A stretch of DNA of 64,000 bases from Chrysomallon squamiferum (GCA_012295275.1 CM022665.1:43152001-43216000), one strand, 5' to 3'. Shown: positions 26,555 through 41,227, numbered from the stretch's first letter. A program made the numbers and translations. Notes: generated by a model from the sequence alone, not told the origin.

Positions 26555-29500
26555 ATGGCTATTGTTGTTGATGGAAAGAGCATCACTGAAATGAAATATC
26601 ATGATTTACAAAAACTAGCAAAATCTGTTGGCATAAAGGCCAATTTGAAGGTAAAGAATGACGTACAGGGAGTGTGGTCTGTTCTGCTCTAGATCTGTAA
26701 TTTTTCAAACTATAAAACTTGGCTCTTGCAAGGTCCACATTAAATTAGTAATAGTTAATGAACGTAATGAGCTTGACGATTGAACAGATTATTAATTTTT
26801 GTTATGTATTTTTGTCCGATAAAACATTAAATATTTAATGTACTGTTATTATTAATACATGTAACTAAGTAAATGATGTTACCAGAAAATCTCTAGCTTT
26901 TTATTAAAATACAGAAAGTGGATCAAAACAGGAAATAACTAAATAGCTTAAACAGTAATACGAGTAAATCTCTAAATGATTACATAATTGGATGTTACGA
27001 AAATACAATTTTGTACAAAAGTGTTTGAATAGTGTTAATTAGTTATTTAATCATACTTAAATTGTTAAAAAGGATTAGGAATTAAAGCTATGTTACGTAG
27101 TATGTTACATTAAATGATTATGCTGTAAGATAATTATATATTTAAACAGAATATATGTAATGAATGTATACAGAATGTATATAATATTTTATATTTCACT
27201 TTAATTTTGCATGTAATTTTATTTATTTATTTATTTTTAAATTATTTTCCAGATGATTCAGGTTGTGCCACCTATCAATTACATTTTCTCTTTAATTGTT
27301 TCAGATTGAGAAATTGCTTGAAGCTTTAACAGACTATTACAGTCAGAATGCAGACAAGAATATGGTAACCAGTGAATTTATTAAAATATACCTAAATCAT
27401 CAGCTAAGATATTATATATAGTGTTCTTCAGTTATGTGATACTTTACAAAATCAACCAACAGGGAAATTCTTGGAGTTAATTATACCTTTTCAACTACAT
27501 TCATTTATTTATGTTTTTCATTATTTTAAGCTTTCTCCCTTTTTCAAATATGGATATAGATATAGATTTAGAGATATTGATAGATAGATAGATAGATAGA
27601 TACAGATTTAGAGATAGAAATAGATAGATAGATACAAATATAAAATTTTTATAAATCCCCTCTTATATTTTTTTGAAGGACAAGCAAATTTTCCTTGTTC
27701 AAAAATTATTTTCTTTGTTTATTAAAATATGATAAAATTGTGTTTTTAAAAAATAAATAAATTTTATTGTTATTTTCTTTTAACAGTCTGAAGCATCAGA
27801 GGCAAGTGGTGATGTGGATGTGGGGAAGACAAAAAATAAAAGGCCTCCGCCCAAAAAAGCAAAGCGACGAGGAAGAAAACCTGTCAGGTCAGCTGAGGAG
27901 GTTAGTGTCCTGTTTTGTGCATGTCGTACACACATTTTCATCCTTTCCAGCTCTACTGTTTTTATTGTTATCAGGATAAATAAAACATTTTCCTAATACT
28001 TACTACATGACAGAATTATTTTCAGGCTGTTCTGTGAAATGGTACAGTCGTCTATAACCATGCACATAGTTGTTTAAATAAATCAATCTATTTGCTTTAG
28101 TTGTGTGTAAATTATATGCAGGAGTGAAAACCACATTCTTTAATAGATAATTATAATTTATAGACAATTTACTTAGTCCGTTCAAAACAGTCCAACCAGT
28201 AGCAAATGTTTTTTACTATAATGTTCATTCTAGAGAGTGGAAAAGGCAGTTGGTAATGTGGGGTCTCCAAAACATCAGAAACCAGCAACAAAAGATACAC
28301 GGAAATCTCCTCTAAAATCACCTGTGAAAACACCTGTTTTGTCTACTACAAGCATGAAGCGCAAGTCACCTTTCAAGTCACCTGACTTGTGCACTAAACG
28401 TTCGAAGAAGGAGTCACAAGTAAAGTCACCTATGAAGTCACCCACCTCAAATACTAAAGGTGTGAAACATGAATCACCTTTGAAGTCACCTACTGTAAAC
28501 ATCAAGGGCAAGAAAAAAGAATCACCTGTGAAAACACCTGGAGGACGTAGTGTTAAGAGTGCTTTGCATGGTTCGTGTACTCCAAGGTTTAATTTTGGCA
28601 GTGGAAAGAAACTAGAGGAGAAGACAAAGCTCACGCCACAAATGAAATCTGTTATTCTCCGACGCAGCTTGTCTCTGTCATTACAGAAGAGAAAATTCTC
28701 AAATTCTTCAGGAAGACAGGTTATTGATTGACTTTTTGTCTTGTGTATTTATTTATCTATCTGTTTATTCTTTTTATTTTTTTATTTTTATTTTTTTATT
28801 TAAGTAATGATTGAAGTTAAGTGTTTAATAGTACATTAACAGATGTCAGTATTAATTGTTGAATTTTTAACTATTGGAGGAAATATATAGCTACCATCTT
28901 TTGAGCTTGTTAACAAAATTTTGTATTTGAAAAATAGAATTTCTTCTTTATTTCACCCTTGGGACTGTGGACATTTTTAATACAGACAACCTCCTAAAAC
29001 AGGCTTCAGCTGATTTTCAAACTTGAATGTTGAGAAAATACAGTTCATGGCCTTGGCAGAAAATAGGGATATACTGTCAAGTTTTTGTATTATTTATTTA
29101 TTTATGTAATTTTATTAATAAATTTCTTAATTATTTTATCCAGTAAGAAATATTTGTCACTAAAATATTTATTTTAATTTCAGAGAGTGGAGGCGAGTCC
29201 AAAATCAAACAGAACTAAAACAACTCCTCCTGTGACAGTTGGCTTGGGAAAATCACCAAATATTCCAAATGTAGAAACAGCTGATGCTGGGAATCTTGCA
29301 GAGACAACAGTGCTGACACCTGCAATAAAAGCCATTGTTCTGAAAAGTCTGTCTCCACAGAAACGAAAACGTACATATTCTGGACAGGTGGTTCTTTCAT
29401 TTAATTATCATTATTAATTAAAAAAATATATATATATATATATATATTGTATGGCTTTGAAAGTATTGATGACTCAGCATTTCCTATTGTTATTTCCATT

Positions 29501-32500
29501 CTCTAGAATGAATATTTTTTATAAAAAACATTTACAAATTATATATATATATATATATATATTGTTTATATGAATACTTTAAAAGTCATCAAAACTTTGT
29601 AAATGGTTTTTATAACAATATTCATTCTAGAGAGTGGAAATGACAATAGGTAATCAAAACAGAATTATATACATTATAGCAAACACACATACACATATGC
29701 ACAAAAAAACCACACATGCTTTAATTATTTTATGATTTAGAAAATTAAAATTTCACTCTTATTTTGAAAGACAATAAAAACGGACTTTTTTGGAGGATTT
29801 TTTTGCTCATTTCTTTTAGAATTTTTAAGAATTAATGAATGATTCAAAAATGCTATAAAAAAAAAGATGAGATAGTTTGTTGCACGAAAAAAAAGAATAT
29901 TTTAAAATTCTTAAATCCAAATTTGTAGAAGAAATCAGTTGAAGCTGTTGTTCCGAGTGAACCGTCACCAAAGAGAAGACGAAGAAGTACATTTGACAAA
30001 ACACCAGAGAAAGACTCCAGTCCTGGGGTGGGTGTCCTCCTCAACGCCATGAAAGACAACATGGACAGCGCTGAAAGAAAACAGAGTCTGATGACAGCCA
30101 TAAGCAGCAGAGTGATGGAAAAGAGTAAGATATTTCTTTTTTAAATCTTTTTCACACTGTTGTCTTACATTTCATAGAAATTAATTAAAACTGGTGGAAT
30201 ATTGACAAATACTAAATTTAAAAAAAAACAAAAAAACTCTCTGTTGGTAGATAAACAGACTGTAGAACATGAATAAAGCAGTTGTTATTATCATTCTAAT
30301 TAATAAAAGGTAAAATATTCCTCCATTGTTTCAAGATGAATGAATTATGTGTGCACTGGTTATTAAATAATAATATTCTTAAATTATTAATTTAATCAGA
30401 AAAGAATCAAACATCAAAGACAGTGCCAGCTGATAACTCACAGCGAAAAATTCCGAGGTTTGTAGCATATTTCGAAAAAAACAAACCAGCTGGGAAAAAG
30501 CCAGTCACACCAGGTAAATATATATTATTCTGCTATTTTTTATTCATTCCTTATATTTTGGGGGAATTTTTTCTTTTATTTTCTGTTTTTCTATTTTTCT
30601 TTTGTATTTTTGTATGTCATTGTGTCGTATATTATATCTGATGTATAATAATTTGAACATATGCTAAACTATTTTTATTAGTGTATTTTTATAAATATTG
30701 TGATCATAATATGCAGTTTTTATGTCAATAATCATTGCAGTGTAATTTGCAATTTGTTCAGTACTGTTATTGTATTTATTATTTGACAATATAAAAATTT
30801 GGAAAAGAGAGGCAACATTTTCATGTTTTATTTTTAGAAAAATAAGAAACTGTGTTTCAGTTAACACCAAAACAGTGATTTCTCAATTATAAATGAGAGG
30901 GTTTTTATTTGTTTGTTTGTTATTTATGTGTTTGTTTATTTACTTACTTATTTATTTATTTATTTACGTATTATGTATTATTTTTATTTATTTATTTTTT
31001 TATTAAAGCAAAAATCTGTCTATAGGCCCACTATTTTAAAGAATTGTTTTTTTTTTTTTCTATCTGAATTAGGCAACAAAGACTGGCAGAAGATTCACAA
31101 CAAGGAGTTCAGTAAGTTTGACTCAATTGATGTGTACCTGGAGAAAAAGAGAAAGAGAAATGAGCAGATTGCCTCATCTGTGAAAAAAACACAGAAAGTG
31201 CTTGACGACAACAGAGCTGTTGTGAGTCAGGTAAAAAACATGAAAACTCCAACCAGTGAGCAGTATAAGGTGAGTAGTCAGTGAGTAGACAGTGAGTAGT
31301 CAGTGACCAGATATTAATGTTTCTGTAAGAACTTCAGAGATACTTTTGTATAACGTTGGGTTTTTTTTTGGTTTTTTTAATTACATCATTTTTCTGCGTA
31401 TATATGTATTTTGGTTAAATAAGTCTGATTAAGTGTTTGAGACTAACCTTGGAAAAAAAATCTAAATTAGTATAATTAATAGATTATTCAGATCAAAGAG
31501 GTTCCCATTTTACAAGAGCAAAATCTTTGATTTATTAATATCTGTTAACATTAAGGGTGGTTTGATAATTAGGACTGTTACAGTTAAGTTACATTTCTCT
31601 TTGTTACTATAACATTACCCATAAGTCAACACAGATATATATTTTGTTAGTTTAAGTTTGAGGAATTCTGAATTTGTAAATCTTGTTTAGCTGTGAAGAA
31701 ATTTTAACTTTGTGTCAGCATGTTAATATTTATGTTGCTGAAATATAATTTAACAGATAATAACTATAAAAAATTATGTCTCAAAATACAGCTGCTAATA
31801 TTTATTATCTTAAGTTAATAATACTTGTATAATCTTCTCAGCAGATATAATTTCTGTAATTTATATTTGAACTGCAATCACTCCTTCAGTGATTTTAATA
31901 TTTTTCCATGACAACACGTACATGTTATACATTTGATGTGTGACAGTCTGAGCACCTGCTTAACTGTTTTGTTTGTTATTTTTATTACTATTTTTTTCTT
32001 TATTATTATTTGTAATTTTCTTTTTTATGTTTTTTCATCATCATTATATTATTATTATTATTTTTTTTTTTATATTATTATTATTATTATTATTATTATT
32101 TTTTATTTTTTTTTTTATTTTTTTTTTTGTAGAAGAAAACTGTGTTTAAAAATGCTGAGGTAAAAGAAAACTTGGTGCAGACAAAGAAAGTGAGCCCGTT
32201 CAAGCCTGTGGTTCTGAAAACAAAGCACATGAATCTCAACTTCAGCAAGACCCCGCAGAACTCCGCCCTGGTCAAACACGACAAGGAGAAAATGTTTGGC
32301 ACCCAGGAGAGACACGCCAGCTGTGTGAAACCAGGCAAAAAATCTACAGGTAGTACTTGTGAGATAAATGGTTATCTTATTAGAAGAAAAAAAAAAAAAA
32401 ATAATAATAATAATAAAACAAAATAGCATGAAATTAACCCTTTGTACCCTTCAAAACCTGACATTATATAAGCAACATCCACCTCAAACCTGGCACGAAA

Positions 32501-33990
32501 GCAACAAATTGCAAAATTATTTGCATGAATTTTTCTGAATTTATAAAACTGTGATTGGTTAAAAAAATAAAAGAAAGAACTACCTACATCATTAACATTC
32601 CTTTTTAGCAGCCATTTATTAAAAAGTGTTAAAAAATAAAATCATGGGTGATGTCTGTCTGTAAGCAAATACATAAATAAAGAATCATAATTGGTTATAA
32701 CAAAACTAAGAAAGTAATCTATGTAAATTAAAAGTATAGAAGATAAAAGACCAGACAGAATATGCTTTCTGTGTGATTGCTACCTGGATAGCTCTCCTCA
32801 GTGTCTCTATGACATATCTTTCTCTCATCCATGAGTGTCTTACAGATAAATTAAATTGCTTTAATTTCCATTTATCTGTCAAAGAAAACAGTAATATTTA
32901 TCCTCATATGTTTATTACATTTTTAAAATTTTTATAAATTAATAAATTTTATGCTATGTATATATATATATTTATTATATATATATATATATATTTTTTT
33001 TTAAATTTTTAAAATATATTTTTATCTGTTTTTAAACAGCCACTCCTTTTAAATTCAATGCAACACTAAACACAACCAGCTCGGGACTGAACACCACTGT
33101 TGGGTCAGCAAGGAAGCCATCGTTTGACCTGAAAGCGAGCCTGTCGCGACCCATCACCTGGAAAGCACACAAGGGAAAGCTGAAACCACTGACAGACCTC
33201 AGCGACCCTAAATACCTCTACTCTGACGTGGACGTCAAAACTCACAAAACACAAACACGGTACGCCTGGTGGTATGATTTCAAACATTACAGACAGCAAA
33301 TCAAATTTTTATTTTATTACTGGATATTCTTTTAAATAACAGCCATTTTTATTTGATTTTTTACTTTTTAATTTATCTTTTTATTTATTTTTTTATTTAA
33401 AAAAAAAATTATTTATAAGGATAAAACATATTCCATTCATTTGGTTTATTAATTAATTGTATTATGAGTCAGAGGTTGATTTTTAACTCTTAGGCTAATG
33501 CATCTTGCCCATGGTATGAAGTGTTGTAGGTTCAGTCCTTCATCGAGGTAATTGCCCATTCATTCTACCAGTGGCAGATTATTTTTGCCTGAGTGTTGAT
33601 CAGTATGGTTGTAGATACAAAATCAAACAGTAGTAATGAATTATGGTCATTTTTTTTTTTTTCCTTCTGAGGTTATTAAAAATATTTTTTTTGCTATTAT
33701 TTTTTAATATTATTATGTTTTTGTTTTGGTGGGTTTTTTTTCAGAGATACATACTCGGAATATTTTTCATGTACAGTGTGTTATGTTTGTGGGTATGTGT
33801 GGATATGCTTGTTGTGTGTGTATGTTTGCTGAAGATTGTGTGTCTGTGTGTATGTGTGTGCATAGTGGAATATTCCAGTCAACATTTGTTTAACTTATTT
33901 TTCAGAGGTGATCGTCGAAAAGCAGCTGAGGCTCATCGACAAGAGAAGAAACATCAGAGCCACATGAAGAGACGAGGAATAGAATCATAA
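26555..33990 (+). CDS. NUSAP1: Nucleolar and spindle-associated protein 1 homolog, 11 exons, complete
   Basis: Exons 26555-26650, 27305-27364, 27787-27900, 28234-28719, 29184-29387, 29929-30124, 30400-30513, 31073-31269, 32133-32349, 33040-33259, 33906-33990; all GT-AG and phase-compatible. N-terminal SAP-like MKYHDLQKLAKSVGIKANLK-IEKLLEAL, central DWQKIHNKEFSKFDSIDVYLEKKRKR and C-terminal FDLKASLSRPITWKAHKGKLKPL match the NuSAP motifs. Confidence 0.92.
29483..29650. repeat. ~55-bp inverted repeat whose arms are copies of the NUSAP1 exon-4 acceptor region
   Basis: 29483-29538 (cctattgttatttccattctctagaatgaatattttttataaaaaacatttacaaa) is the near-perfect reverse complement of 29596-29650 (tttgtaaatggtttttataacaatattcattctagagagtggaaatgacaatagg). 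Both resemble 28204-28257 (ttcattctag|agagtggaaa). Confidence 0.85.
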
Positions 33991-36729
33991 TCTCTGTTTT
34001 TAAATAACCTGTAAATAGCCCCATACATCTCAGTCTCATTGATTTCCTCATTTCTTTTACGTTTGTCTGTCTGTCAGTGCTGTTTCTTTATCTCTCATTT
34101 TTCATTTTAAAATCGTTTCTTTTAGTTTATTTTTAATTTTTTTGTCATTTTTTTTTTTTTTTTTTTTTTTAGACACAGTTTTGCCTGTTATTCATCTTTT
34201 GGCAAAACATAGCCTAATAATTTAATCTAATGTTTGTGAATGTTTTAAATTTTTATCACATCTGAAATTTAAATGATATCAGAAATTGTTTTAGTAGTCT
34301 TGGTATGTTGACGAAATGTTAAAATTTTAAATATGTTTTTTTAGTGGTTTTGGATAAAATTTTTTCTTTGGATGCCCTTGTAATTTTAAAATATTTGCTT
34401 GAAAATTTTCAAAAACAACAGTTACGTATTTTGATAATTAAAACACACTCAGCATGAATATTCAGAATACCTTATCATATGTATGTAAATAATTAAAATT
34501 TCCTTAGAGCCTAGCAAATAAAACAAAAATTACAGATTGACATAGTTTCATTGTCAAGTTTAGCATATTTTATAATATGCTGGTTTTAAAATTTACGTTT
34601 TATGTTTATTCTTAAACTTAGGTTTTAAGCATCAGTAAATTAGCAGAAACTGGATAATTAAATTTTTGTTTTTAAATTAGAACTAATTGTATTGAAACAT
34701 TAAATTGTTTGTTTGGTTTTTTTCTGATTATTATTTTATTGCTTGATTTTTAGTTTGGGGTTTTTTTTTTTGTGTTTTTTTGGTTTTAATGATACAATAA
34801 CAAGAAAGTTAATTTTGTGTTTTCAAACTAAAACAAAATGTACATAATTTTTATTAAAAGTAGGTTAGGATGTTGTTCAGGAATGTTTATATTTCTTTGA
34901 TTCGAATATATTGGAGCATATTACACAGCTTTGGAAAAGGGTAAATTCTTTTAAGGTTATTTTAATAATGTTTGCATGTCTTACCATGGCACAGTTACAT
35001 TTAGAACAGTTCAACAATATTAGTTGTTTGGTTTTACATACTTCAGTTACATTGCTTAGTAATAGAAAAAATCATTCATGTACAATGTTATTTTGTTGGT
35101 GAGGATACATTTTTAGAATATTTTGTTTTAAGAAATGTGGATACCCTTGCCAATGGAATATAAAGCATTTTGAAAAATGATTCTTTGATCAAGTTGCACG
35201 ATACTTTTGTAAAGTAATTCATGTTCTTTCCAACCAGTAAATGTATATTTTCAGAAATTTTGTTAACTTTTGGGAAGCGTTTAAGAATTTGTTGTATCAA
35301 ATTATTGAAGAGATTTTTTTTTTTTTTTTTTTAAATCTGCATTTAAACTGTATTAAAAGCTTTGGTACATACCTCACCTGTCTTGCAGATCAAACAACTT
35401 CTGTTAAAGAATTTAAAAATATAAATTATCTTTTACTTTAGGTTATTTAAATCTTTTACTGATGTGCACAATGATCATAAGCGGTGAAAGTTATTTCTGT
35501 ATTGTTAACATTTGTTTTTATTACTATTTACGATTTTAATTTTTTACCTATTTTTTTTCCAAAGAATTATTTTAAATGTTTTCAAAATCAGTTTTTATTC
35601 TTGTACAAAGTAGGTGAAAGAACAAATCATTCTGTAAAGTTTATTTAATTTTTGTATTTATTTATTATTGTTTAGTTTTGGTTTTTTTTAATTCTAGATT
35701 GGTTTTAAGTTAACAGTTTTATCACCAACAATAAGCATAGAATATGTACCTAAGTGTAGTTTTGTTCCTTTAAACTTGTATTATTAGATATTGTGTCTGC
35801 ATTTTACATGTTATTAACTTTTTCTTTTCTCTGTCCATTAATAAACATGGATCTCTAATGTCATCAGTGTTGTTCATTTTTAAAAGCTACAAGTACTACA
35901 ACAATGGCCCTTTCTTTTCTGAAATCCTGGATTCACTCCATATGGATCATTGTATTTTTAAATCTTTTCTTGTGATAAGTGGATTATATAGTGACTTACA
36001 ATAAACTGTAAGAAGTGGATTTTTTATCCCCATTGTCTTAAATAAAACTTCTTGTTGTGCTGTGAGAAGTGGGTATTTCCAGACACCATACCCCAACCCA
36101 GAATGTGCTGTCATCTGCAGTGTGTCTACTAGTTGTGTTGATTTCACTAGGAGCTGTTTTTAATTATGCTGGTTTTATCTTTAGTAAACATAACTTTCAG
36201 TATGATTTTCCTAAACAGTATATAAAAGTGGTGTTTTATCAAATTAAAATGTAACTAACATTTTTTGAAGAGGAAGAAGCTCAGGCCATCATGAAAATGG
36301 ATACAGTAGAGATTTGAAAAAGTAAAAGTGACAGTTTGTCAAACTGAATGTAACAGATTGTTTTTTTTTTTTTTGCTCTTTTTTTTTTATTGAAGGGGAT
36401 AAATAAAATCAGTCTTTTAAAAATGGAAATATTTATTGAATAAATAAAAATGAAAAAAAAATAAAAATTTTATATTTTGGCTGACAGTCCATGAATACAA
36501 TTCACTGTTCTCCTATTTTTTTTTTTTTTATCAATTTTCAGATCTGGAAAATATTTATAGTAATAAGAACAATAAACAAAAGACAATAACTTAAAGTTCA
36601 ACAACAATTGAAAAAACACTTTTATTTTCTTCAAGACACTTGAATAATGACAGTCTCTGACATACAGAAGTAGCAGCAATTCATCTGTTCATTGTATGTG
36701 CTGCCCTTTGTCTAGTTCTCTCACCGACA

Positions 36730-36948
36730 TCAGAAGATGGATTTGCCAGCGATCATATTCTGCGTACATTTTACTTGCAGATTAACTCCACTTTCAAAAA
36801 AGCTAACTATTCCATTACAACAAGGACAGCACAGCCCAAATGGACTCAGCAGTACATACAGTGCAGCAGCAATGAATCCCACAGGCCACCCAATGAACAC
36901 AAGAATGACAAACCAAACAAGAGACCAGAACATTTCACATAAACCCAT
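36730..36948 (-). CDS. Uncharacterised 72-aa hydrophobic, Cys-rich small membrane protein (paralog 1)
   Basis: ATG-to-TGA ORF, GC-richer than flanks, with a splice acceptor (tttcag, ~36969-36974) just upstream of the ATG. Aligns without gaps to the ORF at 41228-41446 (35/72 identical by hand count), with conservative substitutions. Confidence 0.85.
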   Translation of the reverse strand: MGLCEMFWSLVWFVILVFIGWPVGFIAAALYVLLSPFGLCCPCCNGIVSFFESGVNLQVKCTQNMIAGKSIF

Positions 36949-39900
36949 TTTCTGTTACAGAAGACAGCCTGAAATAATTTATAAATGGATGAATGTAAAT
37001 CAAAGTCAAATTAGACATTAAGAAATTATCATCAATCAGTTATGGAACTGAAGTATTAACAAATCAGTAAATATTTATTATCAGACGTTAACAGATTTTC
37101 AACATGGATACTCTGATACAAATTCAGAATACAAAATACAATATAATATGATATAATATAAAAATAGCCTGAAACACTGAATTTTTGGACTTTCAGTAAT
37201 TATCATAAATATCTAGATCTTTGTTACATTATGAAATTGAAATATTAAATCAATAAATATTTACAAATTACATGTTCAAACATTAAACAAAATTTAAATT
37301 TCGTTATTTTAAATCCAGCTTACATTTCAAAAACTGAAAAAAATTTGAAAGTTATAAATCAAAAATCAAATTGGATAATTTTTAAAGTACAGATACTTGT
37401 TAAATTAAGAAATTAACTTGGGAATGTTTATTTACAAAAGTTCAGAGACTATTAAATATTTAAAATGTGAATTTATTTTCACACAAATCTGGGTCACAAT
37501 ATGGAGGCAGAATGAACTTATTGAAGAATTTCCAAATGAATTATTACATTTAAACATTTCTGAAATTACACAATTTAAAAATCAATTAGTAACATGCAGT
37601 TGCGAAGGATTGTAATAGCCATGTAACATTGATTTCTTCAACAGCTGAAGAAAGAAACAGTGTATCACAGTCTTTACATTAAATTTGTCTCAAATGCTTG
37701 TTGAATTATTTTAACTTAAACACTTCAAACAATCATGTTGGGATCCAGCATGTTAAAACTATGTATTATTTGTATAGAATTTTTTTTTAAAAACTGAATA
37801 AGATTTATATGCTAATATCTGCTCTGTACTGGTCAAATGGAATATAACTTAGGAATGCAGCAAATTCATATACTCGTCCTTTAATAATGTTTTAATAATA
37901 TTTATGTGTTTTCCATAGAAATCTTTCTTTAATACCAACAAATAACAAAACACAGCAAATTTCCAATCAGTTTTTATAATTGCTTTATAATTTATAAACA
38001 CATGCAGACAGAAATCAAAATTATGGACATTATTCTGAAATAACAGTAGAAAAAGGAAAATTTAAAAATCTGATTTAAAAAAATGAGCAATGATTTTCAG
38101 GCTTAAGCGTTGAATAATTTATTCTCATCAATTATTTTAATAAAGTAACATGATTTGGTGTAATTTCTCAAAATTAGAAATATATGTTTACAATAAAATG
38201 TAAAAAGAAATATAAAAGATATAACTTTATTACTAGTACAGATATATATGTGTGTGTATATATATCTATTTAAAATTACAGATGGAATAAAAAGAAATTT
38301 GTTCAAAAAGTATAAAATGTCTTTTAGAAGATGTTTTTATATTTTACATAACACAGCACTACTGATTTGTGGTAAAAAGTAACTGGATTAAAACAAACAG
38401 TAATGATAATTTATTATTTTTGTTATTCTTGTTATATTTTAAATTCTTACTGATTTAAAACAATTCCAGTTTATCCATTTGAATACAAAACAAATAACTA
38501 GTACAATGCAAAGATGAATTTGTCAAAGATTACCTAAAATGGATACAAAATAAAACTCCAAATTATAACCGAAGGAACAATAATAGTTACTGGCAGAATA
38601 ATTTACTTCAAAAGCAAAAATGAATATCAGCAGTAATTAAACAATACAAATGACTGGATTATAAAAAATATATATATATATATATATAAAATAATAATAA
38701 TAATATATATGTTATATATAAATACAGAAATAGAAGATATCAGCAATCTAAACAAACAGCAATTTGCTTAATGAATTAAAAACAATAAATGTAAGTGAAC
38801 AGGAACTAATTTATGACAGTTTGGTGTTTTGCTGAGTTTTTATTTTTATTATTTGTTTATTAAATATATTTCTCTTATATATATAAAAAAATAATTATAA
38901 ATAAAAATGAAAATTAAAAAATTCCTTTCATTTCTGAAAGGGTAAAGAACACTAAGGTAAATAGCACCAAGATTTCTTTTAATTTATGTAATCAGTAAAT
39001 GTGTTTACTGTTATCTACCTATGTGCCTACCTGTTATTGTGACAGACTTTAGTGATGACAAAGAATATATCTACTAACTATAAAAACTAGAAAAGTTGAA
39101 AAATAGCATGTCTGTGGAAAATAAAATATTTTTTTTATTGAATCTGGTTTGAAAATGCACAAAAAGTTAATGCTGAAAAAATGTTGTTTTCATACCAACA
39201 TTCCCACCAAAAATAATTAAAAAAAAAAATAAAATAAAATAAATAAACAATATCCAAAAAAACCTGATATATTTAGACCAAACATCATTATAAATTACTT
39301 AAAATACAAATGCAATTAAAAAAAATAAATAATAATAACAGATAATATATATTACATTTTTATTGTTTTTGTGCTTTGAGTTTGCAATAATCTTCAGATC
39401 TATTTATTTGAATAAATCTAAGACATTTTTCCTTCTGTTAACATGTCAGATGACCAAAAATGAGCTCGTTAAACGTATTTAATTAATAAAACAAGATATT
39501 AGTAAGCAGTGCTTCTTTTACAGACAAAAATGTAAATATCTATTTAATTAGTGGTTGAATGACTATTGCACTTCTAATATTTATAAAAATGGCACCACCA
39601 ATAAACAGGATGAAATAAAAAACAAAACACATATCATAGTTTTAAAACAGTTAATTGTATCTCACACTAAAATCAGAAATAGAATAAAAGACAAAAACTT
39701 CCCAAACAAACAAATATTCAAAGTCCCTGATTTTAACAGCAAATATGACACACCTTCTTAGCTTAAAAAAGATAAAACAAAGAGAAACAAACAATACTTA
39801 TAATAAATAAAACATTCTCTACCAATATATATGCACATATATATATAGAGAGAGAGAGAGAAAGACAGGGGAAAATAATTAAAAATCTGATTCAGTAATA

Positions 39901-41227
39901 ATATGAAATGAATAATAAAAAGATATACTTCATTTTATTACAATCAAACAGAATGATTTTAAAGTGAATAATGATAGATGATTAACAAACACCTTTTTAA
40001 AATTATTTTACAAATTTTTAAAAGCAAAATGAATAACAGCTTTGAACATAAACACATAACAGATGACAACAGAATGTAAAAATATCATATTAAAAGTAAT
40101 ATATAATGTGGACTGATGCTATTAAATAAAGGCACTTTAATTTCCTATAAAGCAAATAAGATGTATGTATAAAAATTATGTAAATGTATAGAACATAATG
40201 AATAGATAAAAATATGACTATTCTTAATAAAGGCATGTTAAAGACTAAGCTGTTTTTCAGAACAATTTTAATTATTCAATTCTAATCAGTTAATAATTTA
40301 CATCAGGTTTAAATCCTAATATATAAGTAAGTCAAAATGTTAATGATACTCAAAAAAAAATCAAATGTTTAAAGTTTTATTTTATAAATTACTTATTGGT
40401 ACACATTATTTGAAAACAATTAATTTTATAAAAAATATTCAGATATAAAAAAATATAAAATTTTGAAATTATTTCATTACCAAAATAATAATGATAATAA
40501 TAATAAAAAATATTTTACCAAAAACAAAAAAGGAAATCCTTGAAAATTAGTATTAATATTTATATCTTCCTTTTTTTTAAACTTTTGTATTTAAATAAAA
40601 AATAAATAAATAATTTAAAAAAAGAGGTGATAAAACCTGCACCATTCTTTTAGCATTTGAAACAATAATATAAAGTCTCAAAGTAAAAAAAAATTTTCAA
40701 GACTTAACTAAGACAAATCAGAATTATATCCATAGCAAAATTAGTGTCATAATTAATTAGGAAATTCTGGTCAAGGTCGTATGTCAAAACAAAAACAAAA
40801 AAAGTGACTTTTTCAAAAAAGATATATTAAACTACAACTAAACTGTTCCAACAGTTTATCTCTCTGATTTTCACAGAACAATAACCTTATTTTCATTTAC
40901 ATTTTAAATTTCCTGATTTCATATAATCAAGTAAAATCACATAAAAAGATAATTAATCATACAATTATTAATAATATGAAAGTTTACTATCACTTACTAT
41001 TTAATTAAACTCAAGATTACAAATATATTTTCATTTCAAAATATACATTACATAAACTATGGAAGACACTTGGTTACATTTTTAATAAAAAAAAATATTT
41101 TAATCTATGTACCCTACATAATCAAAGATTCACTACTGATTTCAAAAAGGTGACAGAAGATGAAATATAAGATCTACAACTACATAATAAATCCGTCTCC
41201 ATGGTGATTTTATCCATGACGGGAAGA

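Noticed and set aside
27253-27261. Possible 9-nt microexon (ttttccag|ATGATTCAG|gttgtg) in NUSAP1 intron 1
   Set aside because: Weak donor, the downstream intron would be only 43 nt, and it would interrupt the SAP motif; no support without RNA data.
28275-28634. 119-aa minus-strand ORF (also 29215-29400, 29853-30101, 32096-32429, 33105-33299)
   Set aside because: Antisense shadows of NUSAP1 exons.
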